In this document: positions 18,589-28,219 of the stretch, one piece after another
Numbering within the stretch: position 1 is the stretch's first letter
Layout of the letters: every line of letters starts with the position of its first letter
NCBI GenBank assembly: GCA_041737355.1
Contig: JBGSRW010000003.1
Location: forward strand, 5,332 to 69,331
DNA length: 64,000 bases
Direction of reading: 5' to 3'
Source of the DNA: Patescibacteria group bacterium
Lineage (GTDB): Bacteria; Patescibacteriota; Patescibacteriia; XYB2-FULL-38-15
Program-made: the position numbers and the translations under genes
Notes under the pieces: generated by a model
Database searches by the model: none
What the model was told of the DNA's origin: nothing
Seen by the model: only the letters and a program-made list of their open reading frames with translations

Positions 18589-18873
18589 ATGGCTCATAAA
18601 AAAGCAGGCGGTTCCACTAGTTTGGGCCGCGATTCACAAGCTCAAAGATTAGGCGTAAAAATGACCGACGGGCAACTGGCTCACCCCGGATGTATTCTCG
18701 TAAGACAAAGGGGCACGAAAGTCCATCCCGGCAAGAATGTCAGGCGCGGCAGCGACGATACTCTTTATGCCGTGGCCAAAGGCACGGTTAAGTTTACTAC
18801 CAGAAAGCTGCCGAAATTCGACGGAAATCTCAGGATGACAAAAATTGTCAATGTAGTCCCCAAAGAAGCTTAA
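18589..18873 (+). CDS. rpmA: 50S ribosomal protein L27
   Basis: 94 aa. [24 protein letters not shown]...HPG is canonical L27. Has a roughly 10-aa C-terminal extension. Confidence 0.9.
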   Translation: MAHKKAGGSTSLGRDSQAQRLGVKMTDGQLAHPGCILVRQRGTKVHPGKNVRRGSDDTLYAVAKGTVKFTTRKLPKFDGNLRMTKIVNVVPKEA

Positions 18874-18885
18874 GAAATATTAAAA

Positions 18886-18915
18886 CCGCCCCGTAATTAG
18901 CGGGGCGGTTTTTTA
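18886..18915 (+). terminator. Rho-independent terminator after rpmA (bidirectional, also 3' of pyrG)
   Basis: ccgccccg-taattag-cggggcgg followed by tttttt. Confidence 0.7.
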
Positions 18916-18919
18916 TAAT

Positions 18920-20539
18920 CTATTTTTTTAGACAGGCGGCGATAAAAGCCTTAAAAAGCGGGTGCGGGGAAAGCGGTCTTGACTTGAATTCCGGATGAAA
19001 TTGCACGCCTACAAAAAATGGATGATCCTTGACTTCAATTATCTCAACTAAACTGTTATTCGGCGAAGTGCCTGCAATCACGAGCCCTGCCTTTTCAAAC
19101 TGCTCACGGTAGGCGTTGTTAAATTCGTATCTGTGACGATGCCGCTCGGAGATATTTTTTTGGCCGTAAGCCTTATAACTTATTGATTTTTTATTTAAAA
19201 CACAGGGATACGCGCCAAGCCGCATCGTTCCCCCATATTTTTTATTCTTAATTAGATCGCTCTGTTCCTCCATGATGTGAATAATCGGGTTTGTTGTTTT
19301 CGGATTAATTTCTGCCGTATTGGCGTCGGCAAGCCCGCAAATATTTCTTGCGAACTCTACCACGGCCATCTGCATCCCGTAACACAGCCCAAAATATGGA
19401 ATCTTATTTTCCCGACAATACTGGATAGCTTTTATTTTTCCTTCCACCCCGCGCGATCCAAAACCTCCTGGGACAATTACCCCATCGAGTTGTTTCAATT
19501 CTTTCAATTTTGCGGTGTCTTTTTCGTATTCTTCTGAATTCAACCAAGAGAGCACCGGCTTACGATTATTTGCCCAAGCTGCGTGCTTAATCGCTTCAAT
19601 CACAGAGATGTAGACATCGGACAAAACAAAATTTCCCGTAGTAAAATATTTGCCAACAATCCCAATGTGCACCTCTTCCTTAACCGTTTTAATAGTCTTA
19701 ACGAGTTTTCTCCATTCCGCCAAGTCTTTTTGCCGCGCTCTCATGTTAAATTTAGAAAGGATTCTCTGGCCCAATTGCTCTTTTTCAAAATTCAACGGCA
19801 CTTCGTAGATTGAGTCAATGTCCGGAGCGGAAATAACGTCGCGTTTGTCCACGTTGCAAAAAATGGAAATTTTTCTTTTTCTTGGTTCGTCAATCGGCTG
19901 CTCGGCCCGGCATAAAATAAAATCCGGCTGAATCCCGGCGGCGTTTAAAAGTTGCGTCGCCTGCTGGGTCGGCTTGGTCTTCATTTCTCCGATTTTTGAA
20001 GGAATCGGCAAATAACTCACCAAAACAAAAAGGACATCTTCGGGACGCCGCTGATGCAGCATTCTGGCTGCTTCTAAAAATAAAACGTTTTGATATTCGC
20101 CGACCGTGCCGCCGACCTCCACAATAACAAAATCGGCTTTTGCCTTTTTCCCGGCGCGACGAATTCTCCTTATCACCTCTTCTGGAACATGCGGCACAAC
20201 CTCAACGCATTTTCCGCCATATTCAAGATTTCTTTCTTTGGCAATTACGGTCTGATAAACCCGACCAGTTGTCATGTAATTGTCGGAATAAATATTTTCA
20301 TCCAAAAATCTCTCGTAGTTTCCTCCGTCCTGATCCATCTCGTCGCCGTCTTCGGTTACAAAAACTTCACCATGTTCAATCGGATTCATTGTTCCGGCAT
20401 CGACATTAATATAAGGGTCAATTTTTACGGCCGTGACCCTAAAACCCTTTCCTTGCAAAATTTTTCCAATCGAGGCACAGGCAGTCCCCTTACCAACCCC
20501 GGACATTACGCCGCCCGCCACAAAAATAAACTTGGTCAT
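18920..20539 (-). CDS. pyrG: CTP synthase
   Basis: 539 aa. N-terminal MTKFIFVAGGVMSGVGKG synthetase domain. C-terminal class I glutamine amidotransferase domain with catalytic Cys (GLCYGMQ) and His-Glu. Confidence 0.95.
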   Translation of the reverse strand: MTKFIFVAGGVMSGVGKGTACASIGKILQGKGFRVTAVKIDPYINVDAGTMNPIEHGEVFVTEDGDEMDQDGGNYERFLDENIYSDNYMTTGRVYQTVIAKERNLEYGGKCVEVVPHVPEEVIRRIRRAGKKAKADFVIVEVGGTVGEYQNVLFLEAARMLHQRRPEDVLFVLVSYLPIPSKIGEMKTKPTQQATQLLNAAGIQPDFILCRAEQPIDEPRKRKISIFCNVDKRDVISAPDIDSIYEVPLNFEKEQLGQRILSKFNMRARQKDLAEWRKLVKTIKTVKEEVHIGIVGKYFTTGNFVLSDVYISVIEAIKHAAWANNRKPVLSWLNSEEYEKDTAKLKELKQLDGVIVPGGFGSRGVEGKIKAIQYCRENKIPYFGLCYGMQMAVVEFARNICGLADANTAEINPKTTNPIIHIMEEQSDLIKNKKYGGTMRLGAYPCVLNKKSISYKAYGQKNISERHRHRYEFNNAYREQFEKAGLVIAGTSPNNSLVEIIEVKDHPFFVGVQFHPEFKSRPLSPHPLFKAFIAACLKK

Positions 20540-20567
20540 AAATTAATAAAAATTCTATAATATTCAC

Positions 20568-21014
20568 TTACTTTTCTTCGACTACTCTCACTAAAATCTT
20601 CGCCCGGAGCCCTTCGCCTAATTTTACCACAATTTCGTGTCCGCCGATATCCTTAATTGGTTTATCCAATTTAAGCTGTCTGACTTCCACTTCAAACCCT
20701 TTTCTTTTTAACTCAATAACAATTTCTTCTGCTCCAACCGACCCGTAAAGCTTTCCACCCTCGCCAATCTTGGCAGGAATTTTTATTTCTACGCCTGAAA
20801 GTTCTTTAGCCAATTTTTTCTTTTTTTTCTCTTCGTGGACCACCTTTTCCGCCGCCGCTTTAGCCTTTGTTTCTGTCTCAATTATAGCCCCCTGCGTGGC
20901 CAGCCGCGCCAAACCTCTTGCAATTAAAAAATTTCGACCATATCCCTCGGCCACTTCTTTAACATCCCCCACCCTCCCTACTTTATCCACATTCTTTAGA
21001 AGAATAACCCTCAT
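20568..21014 (-). CDS. rplI: 50S ribosomal protein L9
   Basis: 148 aa. MRVILLKNVDKVGRVGDVKEVAEGYGRNFLI is the L9 N-domain. The linker helix and C-domain are present. Confidence 0.85.
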   Translation of the reverse strand: MRVILLKNVDKVGRVGDVKEVAEGYGRNFLIARGLARLATQGAIIETETKAKAAAEKVVHEEKKKKKLAKELSGVEIKIPAKIGEGGKLYGSVGAEEIVIELKRKGFEVEVRQLKLDKPIKDIGGHEIVVKLGEGLRAKILVRVVEEK

Positions 21015-21128
21015 ATCAGTTTATTATATCAAAACTAAAAAATAAACAAAAAAAATCTCAAAGTAACCTTAATCATTCCTTAATCTGAAAAATATATAAT
21101 ACTAAGTGGAAATATCAAATACAAATAT

Positions 21129-21404
21129 ATGATGGATCAAGATTTGTGCTATTGCGGAGCAAGAGCAATCCGTGGCGAGGGGTTGCTTAGGAATACGATG
21201 TCTTGCCAAAGCTGCGGAAGTGAATGGGAGATTACCCATTGCTGGAGTTGCGGGGAACCGATTGACGGAAGATTTTCCAGTACCTGCCGTTCCTGCAGCT
21301 GGTATCTTTGCGCCAAGTGCGGATCTCATGAACCAGACTGCACTCACACCATCAGCGTGAAATTTAAAAATGACGCGAGCCGCCAAATAATGTTTATTTC
21401 CTGA
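21129..21404 (+). CDS. Cysteine-rich small protein (putative zinc-ribbon protein), function unknown
   Basis: 91 aa with 14 Cys arranged as CxC, CxxC and CxxxC pairs (CYCG, CQSCGS, CWSCG, CRSCSWYLCAKCG, CTH). GC clearly above the flanking genes. Sits in the rplI-ctpA intergenic gap. The competing minus-strand ORF 21102-21386 looks like antisense noise. Confidence 0.35.
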   Translation: MMDQDLCYCGARAIRGEGLLRNTMSCQSCGSEWEITHCWSCGEPIDGRFSSTCRSCSWYLCAKCGSHEPDCTHTISVKFKNDASRQIMFIS

Positions 21405-21447
21405 CCATTCCGATACTTAAAAAGAGGCACCAAGCCTCTTTTTATTT

Positions 21448-22689
21448 CTATTCATTGATAATTTCTACGGCTTTCTCTAATTGGGGATCGCGGTTGGCAT
21501 TATAATCTTCCTCGGTCAAATCAATATCTATGTCAGGCATAATACCTTCCTTGTCTATCAATCTTCCTTTTGGCGTAAGCCATTCGGCAATCGTAATTTT
21601 CACCGCCGATCCGTCCGGCAAAGCTTCCAGGTTTTGGACGGATCCCTTTCCAAAAGTTTTTTTGCCGATGAGTTTAGCTTTTCCGTAATCCTGAAGCGCC
21701 CCCGCGACGATCTCCGAAGCCGAAGCCGATCCCTGATTGACTAAAACAACCGTTTTTATATTTTGTAAACGAGCGAGCCCTTCCGAGCGCTCTTCATTTT
21801 TCTGACCATCATCAATTTTTTCTATAACCACCACATCTTTTTCTATCCATTCTCCGGCGACGTCAACCGCCGTATCCAAAAATCCTCCTGGATTATTTCT
21901 CAAATCAAGAATAAGTCCTTTTGGACTGTTTGGCAAAAGTTCGGTAACCGCCTGGTTAAATTTTCTAGCGGTATCTTCGTTAAAATGGTTAATCTCAATA
22001 TAAGCAATGTCTTTTTTCATTTCCCATTTGACACTTGCTATCTCAATCCTGTCTCTTTTTATTTTTAAATCCTTGGGTTTTTCCCACCCCTCCCTCCATA
22101 CCCCGAGAACTACTTCCGTTCCTTTTTGACCGCGAATCAGACTTACCGCGTAATCAAGAGCCATATCGGCGGTATCTTTTCCGTCAATAGTAAAAATTTT
22201 GTCACCGGCTTTAAGCCCCGCACTTTCGGCCGGAGTCCCGGAAAGCGGAGCAATAACAGTCAACTGTTTATTTTTGATGCCAAGCTCGGCGCCGATTCCG
22301 TCGAAGGCTCCCTCCAATTCTTCCTGAAATTTTTTTGCCGTGTCCGGATCAAAAAAAACCGAATAAGGATCATCCAGCGCCGAAACAATCCCGGCAAGCG
22401 CTCCATAAAAAAGTTTTGTATCGGCTACTGGCTGGTGGACATAATTTTTTTTCACCAAATTCCAGACTTTCCAAAAAAGGTCGAAATCTACGTCTTTTGA
22501 TAAATGATCCGGTAGCTCCTGAGTGTTGCCGACCGTTCCGCCGACAAATTTTTTTTCTGTCTCTACGCGCCCCTGCCAGCCTCCAAGAGCCAATCCTCCA
22601 AGAAAACCTGCCAGCATCAAAATAACAATCGCGTAACCGACCGTATACTTAAAAAGAAAACCTTGTCTGTCGGGAAATTTAAATATCAT
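21448..22689 (-). CDS. C-terminal processing peptidase, S41 family (PDZ domain plus S41 catalytic domain)
   Basis: 413 aa. N-terminal TM. PDZ (GDKIFTIDGKDTADMAL). S41 core with LVNQGSASASEI and GKKTFGKGSVQ (catalytic Ser/Lys region). Confidence 0.85.
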   Translation of the reverse strand: MIFKFPDRQGFLFKYTVGYAIVILMLAGFLGGLALGGWQGRVETEKKFVGGTVGNTQELPDHLSKDVDFDLFWKVWNLVKKNYVHQPVADTKLFYGALAGIVSALDDPYSVFFDPDTAKKFQEELEGAFDGIGAELGIKNKQLTVIAPLSGTPAESAGLKAGDKIFTIDGKDTADMALDYAVSLIRGQKGTEVVLGVWREGWEKPKDLKIKRDRIEIASVKWEMKKDIAYIEINHFNEDTARKFNQAVTELLPNSPKGLILDLRNNPGGFLDTAVDVAGEWIEKDVVVIEKIDDGQKNEERSEGLARLQNIKTVVLVNQGSASASEIVAGALQDYGKAKLIGKKTFGKGSVQNLEALPDGSAVKITIAEWLTPKGRLIDKEGIMPDIDIDLTEEDYNANRDPQLEKAVEIINE

Positions 22690-22720
22690 AAAATATTGGC
22701 AAATTTTTTATTTATAAAAT

Positions 22721-23974
22721 TCAAACTCTTTTAATGTCGGCTCCAAGCGCGGCGAGGCGTTTCTCAATCGCTTCGTAACCTCTGTCTACAATCTCCGCTT
22801 CGTTGATTACCGTTTCACCTGAAGCGATAATTCCGGCAATGACAAGTGTAGCTCCGGCCCGTAAATCGAAACTTTTAATCTCCTGACCGTACAACGGAGT
22901 CGGACCGTTGATAACAACCCTGTGCGGATCAGCAACAATGGCGTTAGCGCCCATTTTTATTAATTCTCCGATATAACCCATTCTCCCCTCAAACATCGGG
23001 TCGGCGATCAGGGTAGTTCCGTTGCATTGGGTTGCCAAAACTCCGAAAGGCGCCTGCAAATCCGTCGGAAAGCCGGGATACGGCAATGTCTGTAGTTTAA
23101 AAGCGCAGAGGTTGGCCGACGGTTTAATTTTCAAAAAATTATTGCCGACTTCCAGGTTAACCCTCGCTTCTTTCAACTTTAATAAAATAATATCAAGATA
23201 TTCCGGCATGACGTTTTCTATCGTTACCTCGCCGCGGGAAACCGCAGCGGCTACGGCGAGCGTTCCTATTTCTATCTGGTCGGGAATAAGAGTGTGGCGG
23301 GCGCCGTGAAGTTTTTTTACGCCGTTGATGGAAAGATTATGGGTGCCCGCACCTCTTATTTCCGCGCCCATATTATTCAAAAATTTTATCAAATCCTGGA
23401 CGTGCGGTTCTGCCGCGGCCAAACGAACCTCGGTAACCCCTTCGGCTAAGCTTGCCGCCATCAGCAAATTTTCGGTTGCCGTTACGGAAAATTCTGGTAA
23501 AATAACAATTGAACCGACAAGCTTGTCTGCCTCCAGGTGATAATGGCCGTTTTCCCGAGTTACCTTGGCGCCAAGCTTGCCGAGGGCATAAAAATGAGTA
23601 TCGGGCGGCCTATTGCCGATGATACATCCTCCCGGTTCGGGAATGGAAACCTTCTTGAAACGGGCGAGCAACGACCCTAAAAATAAAATTGAAGAACGCA
23701 TGCTCTTCACCGTTTTTTCATCAAGGGATTTTATGTCAACGTCCTTGGCGCAAATCGTTACTTCGTGTTCATTCGTCCATTCGGCTCTTGCCCCAAGACT
23801 TTTTAAAATATCGAGCATTCTTTCCACGTCGGAAATTTTTGGGACATTATCTATAACGCACTCCTCGTCAGTTAAAAGAGTAGCCGCGATAATCGGCGTA
23901 GCCGCATTTTTCATTCCCCCCGCTCTTATTTTACCTCTTAGCGGCTTGCCGCCCCTGATAACAAATTTAGACAT
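22721..23974 (-). CDS. murA: UDP-N-acetylglucosamine 1-carboxyvinyltransferase MurA
   Basis: 417 aa. MSKFVIRGGKPLRGKIRAGGMKNAATPIIAATLL matches the MurA N-terminus (KNAALP). Catalytic Cys loop region (CIIGNRP). EPSP-synthase fold. Confidence 0.9.
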   Translation of the reverse strand: MSKFVIRGGKPLRGKIRAGGMKNAATPIIAATLLTDEECVIDNVPKISDVERMLDILKSLGARAEWTNEHEVTICAKDVDIKSLDEKTVKSMRSSILFLGSLLARFKKVSIPEPGGCIIGNRPPDTHFYALGKLGAKVTRENGHYHLEADKLVGSIVILPEFSVTATENLLMAASLAEGVTEVRLAAAEPHVQDLIKFLNNMGAEIRGAGTHNLSINGVKKLHGARHTLIPDQIEIGTLAVAAAVSRGEVTIENVMPEYLDIILLKLKEARVNLEVGNNFLKIKPSANLCAFKLQTLPYPGFPTDLQAPFGVLATQCNGTTLIADPMFEGRMGYIGELIKMGANAIVADPHRVVINGPTPLYGQEIKSFDLRAGATLVIAGIIASGETVINEAEIVDRGYEAIEKRLAALGADIKRV

Positions 23975-24074
23975 AGGCTAAAAAATATCTTTTCTATTTA
24001 TCTTAGCTTAACTTTTTTTGACAAAAAAGGCAAGGAGGCGCTTAATTATAAATTAAGGCTAAATAAAGTACAAT

Positions 24075-25226
24075 ATGAAAATCCGCTCACGGCGTATTAC
24101 CTATCTAATCTTCATAATTATTTTTCTGATCATAACCCCCGTTGTTATCCTTTACGCGGCCGGCTACCGTTATAATTTCCAAAAACATAAATTACAAAAA
24201 ACGGGCATCCTTATATTGAAATCAAAACCGGAGGGGGCTAATATTTTTCTGAATGGAGAGCTGCAAAAAATTTCTACCCCAGCCCGCCTCACTAATCTCA
24301 TGCCCGAAGATTACTCCGTCAAGGTTGAAAAAGAAAATTTCTATTTCTGGCAAAAAACTCTGCCAGTCAGAAGCCGTCTCACGACTTTCGCCGAAAATAT
24401 AACTCTTTTCAAAAAAAATCTGCCGATTGAACTATCATCGGGAGATATCCCGCTTTTCTCTCTTTCGCCGGACAAAGAAAAAATTGCCTATCTTTTAGCC
24501 GACGAGACGGAAAAGCAAGTATGGCTATTGAACAATAAAACCGGGGAAAAAATTATGCTATACGGAACAACTGCGAAAGAAGGAGCTATCATTAAAAAAA
24601 TAGAATGGAGCCGGAGCAGCCAAAAAATTCTCATAACCGTTTCCGAAGACAGCCATCCCGAAAAATATATTATTTTTGATTATCAAGCCGAAACGGCTTC
24701 AACCTATAAAAATCTTGACGAGTTTTATTTTGATTTTTCCGGCGTCAAAAAAAAATCATTGAAAATTTCCGCCAATGGTGACCTGACCCTGCTGAAAAAT
24801 TCTTCCAATCTGCTCGCGGCCCTTGATAAAAAAAATCGTGATTTAAAAATATGGAATACTGACAACGACCGGCTCGTTTTTGAAACCGAATCCGACGGCG
24901 CCGCCTGGTCAAAGGACGGAAACAAAATCCTCTATGCAAAAAATTTTGAAATATGGTTCTACGATTTTTCCGCAGATCAGGAGACTCTTGTTACGCGTTA
25001 CAGCAAAGAAATAAAAAAAATTGACTGGATTAACGATAACTATATTATCGTCCTCTTCGACAACAATCTTAGGTCTATAGAGCTTGACGAACGCGACCAA
25101 AGAAACGTAACTGACCTTTTAAGCCTTGGCGATCTGCGCGATTTTGGCGTTGACCCCGAAAAACAAAAAATTTATTTTACCGGATCGGTGGGAAACAAAA
25201 AAGGAGTCTTTGAACTCCCATACTGA
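24075..25226 (+). CDS. Membrane-anchored PEGA-domain protein with a C-terminal beta-propeller/TolB-like region
   Basis: 383 aa. N-terminal TM. PEGA motif KPEGANIFLNG. Repeated WD/TolB-like beta-strand segments in the C-terminal two thirds. Confidence 0.55.
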   Translation: MKIRSRRITYLIFIIIFLIITPVVILYAAGYRYNFQKHKLQKTGILILKSKPEGANIFLNGELQKISTPARLTNLMPEDYSVKVEKENFYFWQKTLPVRSRLTTFAENITLFKKNLPIELSSGDIPLFSLSPDKEKIAYLLADETEKQVWLLNNKTGEKIMLYGTTAKEGAIIKKIEWSRSSQKILITVSEDSHPEKYIIFDYQAETASTYKNLDEFYFDFSGVKKKSLKISANGDLTLLKNSSNLLAALDKKNRDLKIWNTDNDRLVFETESDGAAWSKDGNKILYAKNFEIWFYDFSADQETLVTRYSKEIKKIDWINDNYIIVLFDNNLRSIELDERDQRNVTDLLSLGDLRDFGVDPEKQKIYFTGSVGNKKGVFELPY

Positions 25227-25247
25227 TAAAATAATAAAAAATACCCG

Positions 25248-26318
25248 CTAAAGCTCGACCACTGAATTATCACCGATAATAAGCTTATGACCGAGAGGCA
25301 GGCTGTCACAAGAAGAGCCCAAGACGGTGTTATGACCGATTAAGCTGTCGACTATTCTCTTACCGCATTTAATCTCCGCGTTATCAAAAATAATCGAATG
25401 CTCAATTTCCGTGTTGGTAATTTTGGTATTATTGCCTATTGAAGTATATGGACCGATATAACTGTCGATAACCATGCAGTTTTTGCCTATTACGGCCGGC
25501 CCGCGGATCAAAGATTTCCCTCCGATATAAGTTCCTTTTTCAATTTTAACCTTTCCTTGGATAATCACCCCCGGGGCCACGTTGGCCTCGTTTTTTGTAT
25601 CCGCTAAATCGTGCAAAATTAATTGATTCCCCTCGAGTAAATCCTCCGGCTTGCCGGTATCTTTCCACCATCCCGTGATTTCTTCGTAACCGACACTGAA
25701 TCCTTTTTCTATCAAATAAGTATTGGCATCGGAAATCTCGTATTCTCCGCGCGGTGAGGGGGGAATTTTTTCTACCGCCTCAAAAATATTAGAATCGTAA
25801 ACATAAATTCCCGTCTGGGCGAAATTGCTCTGCGGATGGGATGGCTTTTCTTCTACGCGCAAAACTTTTCCTTCGGAAATAACCGGGACGCCGAACCTTT
25901 CCGGGTCTGGCACGCGGGCAAAAGCCAAAAGAACATTCAGTTTCTCGTTAATAAATTTATCTACAAATCTTTTTATACTGCCCAAAATAATATTATCACC
26001 CAAATAAAAAATGAATGGCTCGTTTCCGAGAAACCCTTTGGCGTTCTTTATAATATGGGCCAGCCCTTTCGGGCCGCCTGTCTGCTCGATATAAGTTATG
26101 GAAACGCCCCATCTGCTTCCGTCACCTACGATTTTTTGGATTTCCGTTTCTCCGGGATTTATATTTATCCCTATCTCCCTCACCCCTGTTTCGGCTATTT
26201 TTTCCAACGCATAAAAAAGCATTGGCTTATTGGCAACGGGAATAAGATGTTTGTTGGTTGTATGCGTAATCGGCCGCAGCCTCGTAGCTCTTCCTCCGGC
26301 CGTAATCAGGGCTTTCAT
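25248..26318 (-). CDS. rmlA: Glucose-1-phosphate thymidylyltransferase, long form (nucleotidyltransferase plus left-handed beta-helix)
   Basis: 356 aa. MKALITAGGRATRLRPITHTTNKHLIPV sugar-nucleotidyltransferase motif. C-terminal hexapeptide-repeat domain. Confidence 0.8.
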   Translation of the reverse strand: MKALITAGGRATRLRPITHTTNKHLIPVANKPMLFYALEKIAETGVREIGININPGETEIQKIVGDGSRWGVSITYIEQTGGPKGLAHIIKNAKGFLGNEPFIFYLGDNIILGSIKRFVDKFINEKLNVLLAFARVPDPERFGVPVISEGKVLRVEEKPSHPQSNFAQTGIYVYDSNIFEAVEKIPPSPRGEYEISDANTYLIEKGFSVGYEEITGWWKDTGKPEDLLEGNQLILHDLADTKNEANVAPGVIIQGKVKIEKGTYIGGKSLIRGPAVIGKNCMVIDSYIGPYTSIGNNTKITNTEIEHSIIFDNAEIKCGKRIVDSLIGHNTVLGSSCDSLPLGHKLIIGDNSVVEL

Positions 26319-26321
26319 AAT

Positions 26322-27164
26322 TTATTTTATTTTTAAATAATCTGCCAATGCCTCTTCCCATTTTCGCATTGGCGGCAATTTTGTATTTAAAAGTATTGAG
26401 TATTTTGGCCTTTTGGCTGGCCTTGGAAATTTATCAGCTCCCACCGGCACCAATTTAATATTTTTACCGGATATTTCAAATATCCTCTTGGCCCAACCAT
26501 ACCAAGTACACGCGCCTTCATTTGTTGCGTGATAAATTCCAAATATTTTTTTCCATTCAATAATTTCTCTTGTCCGCCGAGCAAGATCCGAGACATAAGT
26601 TGGCGAACTCACTTCCTCATCAACTAACTCCAAACAATCTTTTTCCTCGGCGCACTTCAACATCACATCAATAAACCCTTTTTTTGCTCCTTCACTTATA
26701 GCCGACTTACCAAACAATCTTGAAGTTCTTATTAAATAATATTTTTCATTTTTCAATTGATCTTCGCCTAACCGTTTTGACATCGCATAAATACTCTGTG
26801 GGTTTGGCTCAGCATCTTCTCTATAGCCATCAATTTCTTTCCCGTCAAAAACATAATCAGTACTGTAGTGAACTAAAGTCGCGCCAACCGCCTCGGCCGC
26901 CTCAGATAAATTTCCCACAGCATAACCGTTAACCCTTTCTGCCAAATCTTTCTCCCCTTCTTCAATTTTGTCCACCGCGTTATAGGCCGCGGCGTTTATA
27001 ATAATTTCCGGCCCCGCGGATTTTATTTTTTCTAAAACTAAGTCTTTTTTTGTAATATCAATTTCTTCTTTATCCCAAGAGATTATTTCATAGCCGCTCC
27101 CACCGAATTCTCTTGCCAACTCTTGCCCCAACATTCCCTTTGCTCCAATGATTAAAACCTTCAT
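26322..27164 (-). CDS. rmlD: dTDP-4-dehydrorhamnose reductase RmlD
   Basis: MKVLIIGAKGMLGQEL Rossmann motif. YxxxK (YAMSK). The track ORF starts at a TTG at 27227; the ATG at 27164 gives the canonical N-terminus. Confidence 0.8.
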   Translation of the reverse strand: MKVLIIGAKGMLGQELAREFGGSGYEIISWDKEEIDITKKDLVLEKIKSAGPEIIINAAAYNAVDKIEEGEKDLAERVNGYAVGNLSEAAEAVGATLVHYSTDYVFDGKEIDGYREDAEPNPQSIYAMSKRLGEDQLKNEKYYLIRTSRLFGKSAISEGAKKGFIDVMLKCAEEKDCLELVDEEVSSPTYVSDLARRTREIIEWKKIFGIYHATNEGACTWYGWAKRIFEISGKNIKLVPVGADKFPRPAKRPKYSILLNTKLPPMRKWEEALADYLKIK

Positions 27165-27224
27165 AATTAAAGAAAATTTAGTGTCTATTGCTCCCTTAAG
27201 ATTAGTAGAATCAGTGTTTTTTGT

Positions 27225-27272
27225 CAATAAAAAGACACCGTCTCAGCAATTGCTAGTTGCCAAAACGGTGTG
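27225..27272 (-). terminator. Possible terminator hairpin 3' of the GC-rich two-gene module
   Basis: 7-bp stem acaccgt/acggtgt with a palindromic inner loop (gcaattgc). On the minus strand it is followed by CTTTTTATTG. Confidence 0.3.
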
Positions 27273-27289
27273 GTGTTCATCCTCCTTGT

Positions 27290-27505
27290 TCAGATCGTGT
27301 TCTCCCCTGGAGCAGCCGGCCGTTCCGCGACCCTGGCGCGCAGCTCATCGGCACAGAGACGGTCCCAGCGCCGCTTGAACTGCTCGTTCTTCCGACGATT
27401 GCCGTCCAGCTCGGTGAGACGGATCAGCCGCGCGACCTCCATCTTCTCCCTCTGGATTGTGGATAGATCGCCCACCGGCCTTCTCTTCTTGCGCAACCTT
27501 GCCAT
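27290..27505 (-). CDS. Small Arg/Lys-rich protein of unknown function (second gene of the GC-rich island)
   Basis: 71 aa (MARLRKKRRPVGDLSTIQREKMEVARLIRLTELDGNRRKNEQFKRRWDRLCADELRARVAERP...). Perfect Shine-Dalgarno site AAGGAGG 5 nt before the ATG at 27505. GC-rich. Confidence 0.5.
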   Translation of the reverse strand: MARLRKKRRPVGDLSTIQREKMEVARLIRLTELDGNRRKNEQFKRRWDRLCADELRARVAERPAAPGENTI

Positions 27506-27543
27506 TCCCGCCTCCTTGTTCTCACTGCGACCAGGCTGCGCGA

Positions 27544-28140
27544 CTACAGGCCGGCCTTGGCGAGAGCCGCGAGCGAGCGACCGTCAGTGGAGTGCCTGCC
27601 GAACTGGATCACGGTCATGCCCTCGGCCTCCGGGAAGTCCATCTCCACGACATAGACTGCGATGATGCCCTCGATGCGCTGGGGATTGGTCTCGATGAAG
27701 CCGACTGGTTTCAAACCCTTCTCGGCCAGTTCGCCCTTGGAGATGCTGGACGGCTTGAGCTCCAGAATCCCGCCGTTCAGGCCTGTGGCCTTGCGCACGC
27801 GCACAAGCAGCGCGCCGTACTTGCGGGTCGTCTCGATCACGACGTGGCCCACGATGCGCGGCATGGTGGGATCCGCCGACTGCGGCACATTCGGTTCCTC
27901 GTAGAGCGCAATCTGGCCCCAGCCGCCACGATCCACGTAGCGAGCGTCACAGAACTTGCCATCGCCGCGGCAGCTCCGGCCGGTAGCCGGATCGAAGCAC
28001 CAGAGCTCGGCCTCTTTGCCTTCGGCGATCTTCTTCTTGCGGATCTCGTCCGACTCGAGGCAGAACTTGACCGGCCTTCCGAACTGGAAAGCCACCTCGC
28101 TCAAATGCAGGATCTCCGCCTTCTTCTCACCCTCAGCCAT
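27544..28140 (-). CDS. Protein of unknown function (first gene of the GC-rich island)
   Basis: 198 aa from the ATG at 28140 (MAEGEKKAEILHLSEV...). Shine-Dalgarno site AAGGAAGGA 4 nt upstream. Balanced amino-acid composition, unlike the overlapping plus-strand ORFs. GC far above the genome background. No family recognised. Confidence 0.55.
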   Translation of the reverse strand: MAEGEKKAEILHLSEVAFQFGRPVKFCLESDEIRKKKIAEGKEAELWCFDPATGRSCRGDGKFCDARYVDRGGWGQIALYEEPNVPQSADPTMPRIVGHVVIETTRKYGALLVRVRKATGLNGGILELKPSSISKGELAEKGLKPVGFIETNPQRIEGIIAVYVVEMDFPEAEGMTVIQFGRHSTDGRSLAALAKAGL

Positions 28141-28187
28141 CTCGTCCTTCCTTTCTTGAAGCCCCCGTGGCTTCTCTTTGATATTGA

Positions 28188-28219
28188 TAAGGTTAGACGA
28201 CAAAATTAAAATTGTCAAG
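28188..28219 (-). promoter_or_regulatory. Candidate promoter for the island operon (TTGACA-N17-TAACCT, minus strand)
   Basis: Minus-strand read is CTTGACAATTTTAATTTTGTCGTCTAACCTTA. It is 24/29 identical to the rpmA promoter core TTGACAATTTTAAAAAGGTCGTCTAAAAT. Confidence 0.35.

Noticed and set aside
27270-28209. Long plus-strand ORFs (27270-27665, 27457-28209, 27662-27904, 27956-28159) across the GC-rich island
   Set aside because: They have the typical antisense-of-high-GC composition (rich in Ala, Leu, Arg and Gly) and no Shine-Dalgarno sites. The minus-strand ORFs have strong Shine-Dalgarno sites and protein-like composition.
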